A stretch of 30,072 bases of DNA, taken from IMG/VR virus record IMGVR_UViG_3300029171_000036, positions 1 through 30,072 of that record; one strand, given 5' to 3'. This DNA is from a virus. Lineage: Duplodnaviria; Caudoviricetes. Of the stretch, positions 24,883 through 30,072 are shown piece after piece. The translations under genes were made by a program, and so were the position numbers. Under the pieces are notes generated by a model that saw only the letters and a program-made list of their open reading frames with translations, was not told the DNA's origin and did no database searches. How positions within the stretch are numbered: the stretch's first letter is position 1; each line of letters starts with the position of its first letter.

Positions 24883-27351
24883 ATGGATAATACAATCGAC
24901 CCAACAATTAAAAATCTCGCAAAAGCGATAGGAGAAGCGGAAACTGGAGGGAGAAACGATCCGTACAACTCAGGACTCAATCCAAACAATCCAGGTGGAG
25001 GAAGTGGAGAATTTGGTCGTTATCAATTTATGCCAGAGACATACAAGGCATATGCAAAAAAATATCTTGGTGACGAAAATGCACAACCAGATGTTGCAAA
25101 TCAAAACAAGATTGTGTATTCGTTTGTGAAAGAAAAAAAAGAGGCAGGATACAACCCTGCTCAAATTGCGAGTATGTGGAATGCAGGAGAAGGAAGACCA
25201 AATGCATACAAAGAGAATCATCAGGGCGTCAATAAGTATGGAGTTCAATACAACGTCCCTCAATATGTAGAAAAAGTTTCAAATAAATATAAAGAATTTT
25301 CTTCACAAACACCTACTCCAATAGCTTCAATTCCAGATCAGAGACAAGAAATGAGAAATCAAGGCGAAGCAGTAAGTGTTGATAAAGATCGAGCCGAACC
25401 AACAACGGGAGGTGAGATCCTTCGTGATTTAATACGACCAACTGCAACAATGCTTGCTCGACCACTTCAAGCGATTGGTGCAATTTCTGGACTTACACCA
25501 GAACAACAAACAATCAAATCCTCATATCTTGGCGACATAGAAGCCCCTACAACAGCTGGAGATGTTGTAAAAGATGTAGGACGAGGACTTCAAACAATCT
25601 CACTTGGAATTGGAGGAGGCGCAGCAAAAAACGTTGTTACAGGAGTAGCAACCAAAAAACCATTTGTTGAACTTGCAATGAGGGGAGCAAAGGAAGGACT
25701 CCAATCTGGACTACTTGGAGGTGCTGGATACGCAACAGAAAAAGGAGAACCAATCGAAGAAGTTGCAAAACAAACTGCAATAGGAGGAGGACTCGGACTT
25801 GCAGGAGGAGGACTTCTTGGTGCAGTGAGTCCTCTTGTTGGAAAAGCAGGTAGTGCGCTTGGATCTATTCCACGACAAATAAAAAGAGGTCTTCAATATG
25901 GAGGAGTTATGGATGTTGCAGAAAAAGATGCCATTCGAGAAATTGACAATGTTGCGACTGAATATGGAAGAGCATCAGGAACAAGTATTCCAAATAAATT
26001 CAGACAAAAAAACATGACGAGAAGTGGTGAATTTGTCCCTGCAGAAAAATGGCTTGCTGAAAACCACATCGTACCAAAAGAAGGCCCAAATAAAACATGG
26101 GATGTCGATGGAACAATTGGAGAAGTCGATGCATTAAATGATGAGTTCCAAAAAACTAAAAATCAATTCACTTCACAAGATGATGGATATTATAATGTCG
26201 ACGAAGCATTGAAAATTGTCGGTGCAAAAATTGATGACTCGTTCTCTTCTGAAATAGCACGAGAATCTGCAAAGAAAAAAATTACAGACGAAGTTGAAGC
26301 AATCCTTCAAAAAACAAAACCATCACTAAATGAAAAAGGTGAGAGGATTGTTCGTGCTACCGAAATGGAAAGACTTCGAGATCTTGGAAACTCTCTTCGA
26401 AAGTTTGATCAAATGGATCCACAAGGAATCAATCAAACTGCAGGCGATGCCCTTTCAAAAGCTGTGAATAATGTGATTGATAAATATACAAAATATCCAG
26501 CCTACAGATCATTCAATCGTGAATGGAGTAATCTTTTAAATGCACGTAAGTGGCTCGAACATCTTCGTGGAAAAACAGTTCGATTGAGTAAAGGACTCTC
26601 TGGACAAATTGCAATGAAAACACTTGGTCCAATTCTTGGATATAGTAAAGGTGGAATCTTTGGAGCAATACTCGGAGACATTGGTGGAGAGGCAGCCGGA
26701 AAACTTTTATCAGATCCAGAACTCCGAACAATTATTTCGCGCTCTCTTATAAGAAAAGCAGGACTAAAACTTTCACGTGAAGAAATAATTCAACAACTTA
26801 CAAATGAGATGGCAGAATATGCGACAACGAAAGCGTCTCAATTAAAACTTCCAGCACCAAGTGCAATTTATGGGCAACCATACAAAGGAGGTAAAAGTGA
26901 GATGATTATAAGTGAGGGAACTCCTCCACCCCAAGACTTCAAACAAGGACTTCTAAGAAGGGCAGGAAAAGAAGAAAAACCACTCGAGTATCCATTGCCA
27001 CACATGCGACCAGAACCTCTTTTACTTAAAGAAGGAAATAAGAGAATTATTCCAGGAAAGCCAATCAATTTGGGAAAGAAAACTCAATCAACAGTCGACA
27101 AAGAAGAGCAAGAGGTTATACAAAAAGGAATCTTGAGAAGAAAAAAAGAAGTTGTTCCTGAAAAAAAAACAACCCCAACAAAACTAGAAAAAGGAGTTGA
27201 GGTTAATTTGAAAGACATGCCAGGAGATTATGTAGTCGTACAATACGAAAAAGATGGAATGATGGCTATTGTTCAGAATATAAAAACTAAAAAGAAGGCC
27301 ACCGTAGGAATTGATATGATTGAAATTAAAAAACCATCCCAGCAACAATAA
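24883..27351 (+). CDS. Large ejection protein with N-terminal lytic transglycosylase/lysozyme-like domain
   Basis: LAKAIGEAETGG (catalytic Glu), GRYQFMPETY, ASMWNAG, YVEKV; Gly/Ala-rich hydrophobic segments. Confidence 0.78.
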   Translation: MDNTIDPTIKNLAKAIGEAETGGRNDPYNSGLNPNNPGGGSGEFGRYQFMPETYKAYAKKYLGDENAQPDVANQNKIVYSFVKEKKEAGYNPAQIASMWNAGEGRPNAYKENHQGVNKYGVQYNVPQYVEKVSNKYKEFSSQTPTPIASIPDQRQEMRNQGEAVSVDKDRAEPTTGGEILRDLIRPTATMLARPLQAIGAISGLTPEQQTIKSSYLGDIEAPTTAGDVVKDVGRGLQTISLGIGGGAAKNVVTGVATKKPFVELAMRGAKEGLQSGLLGGAGYATEKGEPIEEVAKQTAIGGGLGLAGGGLLGAVSPLVGKAGSALGSIPRQIKRGLQYGGVMDVAEKDAIREIDNVATEYGRASGTSIPNKFRQKNMTRSGEFVPAEKWLAENHIVPKEGPNKTWDVDGTIGEVDALNDEFQKTKNQFTSQDDGYYNVDEALKIVGAKIDDSFSSEIARESAKKKITDEVEAILQKTKPSLNEKGERIVRATEMERLRDLGNSLRKFDQMDPQGINQTAGDALSKAVNNVIDKYTKYPAYRSFNREWSNLLNARKWLEHLRGKTVRLSKGLSGQIAMKTLGPILGYSKGGIFGAILGDIGGEAAGKLLSDPELRTIISRSLIRKAGLKLSREEIIQQLTNEMAEYATTKASQLKLPAPSAIYGQPYKGGKSEMIISEGTPPPQDFKQGLLRRAGKEEKPLEYPLPHMRPEPLLLKEGNKRIIPGKPINLGKKTQSTVDKEEQEVIQKGILRRKKEVVPEKKTTPTKLEKGVEVNLKDMPGDYVVVQYEKDGMMAIVQNIKTKKKATVGIDMIEIKKPSQQQ

Positions 27352-27463
27352 CAAAAAGATATAGTCCGTACATCCACCACAAACCAAACACTGCCGGAAG
27401 AATTAGGAATGCCAAAAATACAATAACATTTGCGTTGTCGCTGTCGTCTTGTTGTTTACTCAT
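27326..27463 (-). CDS. 45-aa antisense membrane protein (not in ORF track)
   Basis: MSKQQDDSDNANVIVFLAFLILPAVFGLWWMYGLYLFVIVAGMVF*, with its own promoter. Confidence 0.65.
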   Translation of the reverse strand: MSKQQDDSDNANVIVFLAFLILPAVFGLWWMYGLYLFVIVAGMVF

Positions 27464-27470
27464 GTGTCGT

Positions 27471-27499
27471 ATTATTAAATAATAAATAAACAAAGTCAA
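27471..27499 (-). promoter_or_regulatory. Sigma70-type promoter for the antisense membrane gene
   Basis: Minus strand TTGACT, 17 nt, AATAAT; ATG begins after 7 further nt. Confidence 0.6.
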
Positions 27500-27502
27500 C
27501 AT

Positions 27503-28588
27503 ATGGAAGAAATACCAGAATTTCTAGGAGTAGTAAGAGATGTGAGGCCTTCTCGTGAAAAAGCAAGAGATTTTACAAACGAAGAATTTGGAGGAGGATC
27601 TGAAATTGAATGGAAAGAAAAAAAGAAATTCCGACAATTTACTCCACGCGATCAGGCTTATAGTTCGTCGTGTGGAGCTCAATCTGCTGCGAAAATAGCA
27701 GAAATAAACGAAGTAATTGAAACAAATAATACAATCGTATTCTCTGCAACCCCTATCTATAGAGGTCGCTCAAACTTTCCAAGTGGAGGTATGACAATTC
27801 TTGATGTATTAAAAAGTCTCACAAAAGAAGAGAAGTTAATATCAGAAACAAAGGTCGTTAGTCAGAAATTAAACGAAGAAGAAATGAATACAGTGAAGTT
27901 TAAATTTTCAAAAGAAGACAAAGAATTTGCACGGAAACATATGGCAGGAGGATATGAATTTATTACAAAAATAACAATGGATTCAATTGGAGAACAAATA
28001 GAACTCGGAAGAGGCGTACTTCTCATGCTCTACTTTAGTAAAATTCCAGGAGCCAATGAATATTGGAAATACGAACCAGGGATCATTGTCGACAATTTAA
28101 ATCTTTACGACGACACAACAACATCAAGACATTTTGTGGTTGCAGTTGATAAGTTTTTAAATGGCGGGAAAAAATATCTTATTATTGAAGATTCAGCTGG
28201 ACCAAACAGTTCTAAAAAAGGACAGAGAATCCTTTCAGAAGATTTTGTTTTAAAGAGAACGTATGGGTGTGGATATTCTGTGGATAAAAAAAACATAGAC
28301 ATCAATAAACCATCCTACACCTTCACAAAAACTTTGACATTTGGATTACGAAATAATGCCGAAGTAGTAGAACTTCAAAAAATACTTCAATACGAAAAAT
28401 TCCTCCCAACACACATAAATGGAAAAGAATTACCTCTCGGAAATTACCTTGCACAAACTGCATACGCCGTATTACAATTTCAAAAGAAATATCAAGTAGC
28501 TCCATTAGAAGAACTCGAATATTTAAGAGGAATGACACTCGGTCCAAAAACTCGAGCAAAACTAAATGAGTTGTATGGTATAAATTAA
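27503..28588 (+). CDS. Putative endolysin: papain-like (C1-type) cysteine peptidase plus peptidoglycan-binding domain
   Basis: RDQAYSSSCGA (Gln, Cys), RHFVVAV (His), IIEDSAG; C-terminal TLTFG..NAEVVELQKIL...TAYAVLQFQ...GPKTRAKLN. Confidence 0.8.
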   Translation: MEEIPEFLGVVRDVRPSREKARDFTNEEFGGGSEIEWKEKKKFRQFTPRDQAYSSSCGAQSAAKIAEINEVIETNNTIVFSATPIYRGRSNFPSGGMTILDVLKSLTKEEKLISETKVVSQKLNEEEMNTVKFKFSKEDKEFARKHMAGGYEFITKITMDSIGEQIELGRGVLLMLYFSKIPGANEYWKYEPGIIVDNLNLYDDTTTSRHFVVAVDKFLNGGKKYLIIEDSAGPNSSKKGQRILSEDFVLKRTYGCGYSVDKKNIDINKPSYTFTKTLTFGLRNNAEVVELQKILQYEKFLPTHINGKELPLGNYLAQTAYAVLQFQKKYQVAPLEELEYLRGMTLGPKTRAKLNELYGIN

Positions 28589-28606
28589 CAGTTAATTATA
28601 AAAAAT

Positions 28607-28786
28607 ATGAAAGAAAAATTTGCATTCCTATCATCTGTGCGTTTTTGGAAGTTAGTCATTATTGCAATTGTTGGAGTTCTTGTTAATCAAGGAATTATCC
28701 CACTTGAAATTGCAACCGCAATCAACACTCTTCTTCTTGGAGATATCGCAATCAATACGATCGATAGATTTTCAATAAAGAAGTAA
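28607..28786 (+). CDS. Putative holin, 59 aa (not in ORF track)
   Basis: MKEKFAFLSSVRFWKLVIIAIVGVLVNQGIIPLEIATAINTLLLGDIAINTIDRFSIKK*; SxRFW, two hydrophobic helices, basic tail; directly after the endolysin. Confidence 0.65.
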   Translation: MKEKFAFLSSVRFWKLVIIAIVGVLVNQGIIPLEIATAINTLLLGDIAINTIDRFSIKK

Positions 28787-28796
28787 TATACTAAAA

Positions 28797-28939
28797 ATGA
28801 TCCTCTTGGTGAGGTGGTCACATTAAGGAGGATAGCTCTTTGTGTGACTCTCGTGCTGCCATAGAAAAAAACAATACACCAAATTACACATTACTCTAAT
28901 CACCACAGACTCCGCTTGTTGAAAGCGGTTTTCTGTTTT
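28797..28939 (+). ncRNA. Candidate small structured RNA
   Basis: Non-coding gap with TATACT at 28787, internal complementary segments and a terminal hairpin ccgctt/aagcgg followed by T-rich sequence. Confidence 0.35.
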
Positions 28940-28976
28940 ATAATTAAACTATTATTATTAGTAGTCAAAAAAAAAT

Positions 28977-29315
28977 ATGCCAGAAGAAATATTGGAATTG
29001 AAGAAGTATAAAGTTGTTGGTAAAATAGAAGCCTTTACTCCTGAAGGAGAAGGAACTGGAGAATTCTTAGAAGAAGGTTCAATTCAAACAGTACCAGAAG
29101 AACTTGGGGAAAGTTGGATTGTTTCAGGTGTTGCTGAAGAATACATAGAAGAGGAACCTCTAGTTGGAGGAGAAGATCCTGTGGATCCAACTCCTGAAGT
29201 TGTTGAGGTTTCAACAAAAGAAATCTGTAAAGATTGTCTTCAAACAGGACTTGAAAGTCCTACAAAACTTTGCGAAAAATGTAAGGGATACGGCGAAGTT
29301 TCACTAGAAGAATAA
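28977..29315 (+). CDS. Acidic protein with C-terminal CxxC...CxxCxGxG Zn finger
   Basis: CKDCLQTG...LCEKCKGYG; very Glu-rich. Confidence 0.7.
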   Translation: MPEEILELKKYKVVGKIEAFTPEGEGTGEFLEEGSIQTVPEELGESWIVSGVAEEYIEEEPLVGGEDPVDPTPEVVEVSTKEICKDCLQTGLESPTKLCEKCKGYGEVSLEE

Positions 29316-29319
29316 TAAA

Positions 29320-29347
29320 AAAAAACTCCCAGAAATGGGAGTTTTTT
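29320..29347. terminator. Intrinsic terminator, bidirectional geometry
   Basis: aaaaaactccca-GAAA-tgggagtttttt. Confidence 0.85.
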
Positions 29348-29353
29348 AAATAA

Positions 29354-29710
29354 ATGACATCAACAATTCAACGAGGGAATTATTATAAAAAAAAGACTCA
29401 AAAATACTATGAGTCTCAAGGATACACTGTTCAATTAACAGAGTTTGTTTGTGGAGTAATGATTGGGAATAGATGTATTTATAGAAAAGTTGACATTTTT
29501 GGATCTGATGGTATATCTATGAATGGAAAAGAAATTATTTTTTGGAATAGCAAGCATTGTACTACAGACGATAAAGTGAATATTGACAACCAAATTAGAC
29601 AAGCAAAGAAAGAGTTTGGCAAATACCCTTTTCCTAACAGTGTTTTTTTGCATATTGTAATGTGGAAACCTAGACAGAAACCAGAAATTATTGTTGTTGG
29701 TGTGAATTAG
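29354..29710 (+). CDS. Hjc-like PD-(D/E)xK Holliday junction resolvase, divergent
   Basis: RG.YY..K...YYESQGYTV, DIFGSDGISM, IIFWNSK pattern; 118 aa. Confidence 0.6.
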   Translation: MTSTIQRGNYYKKKTQKYYESQGYTVQLTEFVCGVMIGNRCIYRKVDIFGSDGISMNGKEIIFWNSKHCTTDDKVNIDNQIRQAKKEFGKYPFPNSVFLHIVMWKPRQKPEIIVVGVN

Positions 29711-29736
29711 TAGCTTTTCTTTTTTTATGAATTGAT

Positions 29737-29863
29737 TATAATAGAAGTACAGAAATAATTTCTGTGAGCGGGAAGACAAAACAACATCTAGAAGATTAAA
29801 ACTCTTTTGAGGGTGTTGGGAGTAGATTATTCTACTCCTCTCCCGCTCAAAGGAGTTTTTTTT
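29737..29863 (+). promoter_or_regulatory. Candidate transcription attenuator (terminator/antiterminator leader)
   Basis: TATAAT 29737-29742; terminator stem 29798-29811/29846-29859 with T-run; competing 9-bp helix 29765-29773/29841-29849. Confidence 0.6.
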
Positions 29864-29880
29864 GTTACAAATTTTAAAGA

Positions 29881-30071
29881 ACGTGCTTTCAGGTAATCAC
29901 GGAAAAAACTTTATCTGGATATAGAAATAGAGAATAAATAATAGTGCTGGCAATGTCTCGCCCTGACAACCAGCGACCTCATTTGTTCTTTATTTTTAAA
30001 AATATAGATATCTATTGTCAGACAAAAATTGAAACACCTTGAGGGATAAGTTTCACTGATTGAATAGATGT
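29881..30071 (+). ncRNA. Candidate long structured RNA, possibly continuing past the window
   Basis: 18-bp stem 29922-29939/29981-29998 with three G-U pairs, inner stems gctgg/ccagc and tgtc/gaca; no long ORF. Confidence 0.5.
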
Positions 30072-30072
30072 C

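Larger units (their letters stand above)
1..30072 (+). mobile_element. Tailed dsDNA bacteriophage genome segment (podovirus-like)
   Basis: Co-oriented terminase, portal, scaffold, capsid, tail, ejection and lysis genes; no host housekeeping flank, integrase or att site seen. Confidence 0.95.

Noticed and set aside
27184-27387. 67-aa minus-strand ORF from the track
   Set aside because: TTG start and mostly inside the ejection gene; the ATG-initiated 27326-27463 frame has a promoter and a coherent TM sequence.
28830-28885. HDV-like/theta ribozyme resemblance (ggatagc...gtgtg ac tctcgt gctgcc...caa tacac)
   Set aside because: A canonical 3-bp P3, 7-nt L3 and P1.1 cannot be built, and no adjacent tRNA is seen; kept only as an unassigned RNA candidate.
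1286-29779. Remaining short minus-strand and nested ORFs in the track
   Set aside because: They overlap well-supported + strand genes and show no recognisable motifs or expression signals.
1-30072. tRNA genes, CRISPR arrays, integrase/att sites, introns or inteins
   Set aside because: None recognised by eye; TerL, portal and GroEL have ordinary lengths. tRNAscan-SE and Infernal runs are needed to exclude them formally.

Overview
The whole window is part of an A/T-rich tailed dsDNA phage genome with P22/T7-like podovirus organisation (no tape measure or tail tube recognised), almost entirely on the + strand and in the standard genetic code. Order: small early/accessory genes (MucR-like Zn finger with HNH-associated repeats, SPFH protein, small membrane and Zn-binding proteins); a divergent promoter pair; a tightly packed run of cold-shock protein, GroES, Zn-finger ORF, GroEL, TerS, TerL and portal; scaffold, major capsid and capsid-associated proteins; tail fibres, tail nozzle and adaptor; ejection proteins; a papain-like endolysin with holin; and an Hjc-like resolvase. 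Missing Shine-Dalgarno motifs and the style of the CSP and peptidoglycan-binding domains suggest a Patescibacteria (CPR)-like host (inference). Most notable: (1) a complete phage GroES/GroEL pair with a roofless GroES, placed at the head of the packaging operon behind a near-leaderless CSP; (2) several non-coding segments forming long G-U-rich RNA stems on the + strand, including two apparent conformational switches (3952-4162 and 29737-30071); (3) -1 frame breaks exactly at stop codons in the major capsid and a tail-fibre gene, which may be sequencing errors; (4) an unannotated antisense 45-aa membrane protein with its own leaderless promoter. All family assignments are from motif recognition by eye, not database searches.
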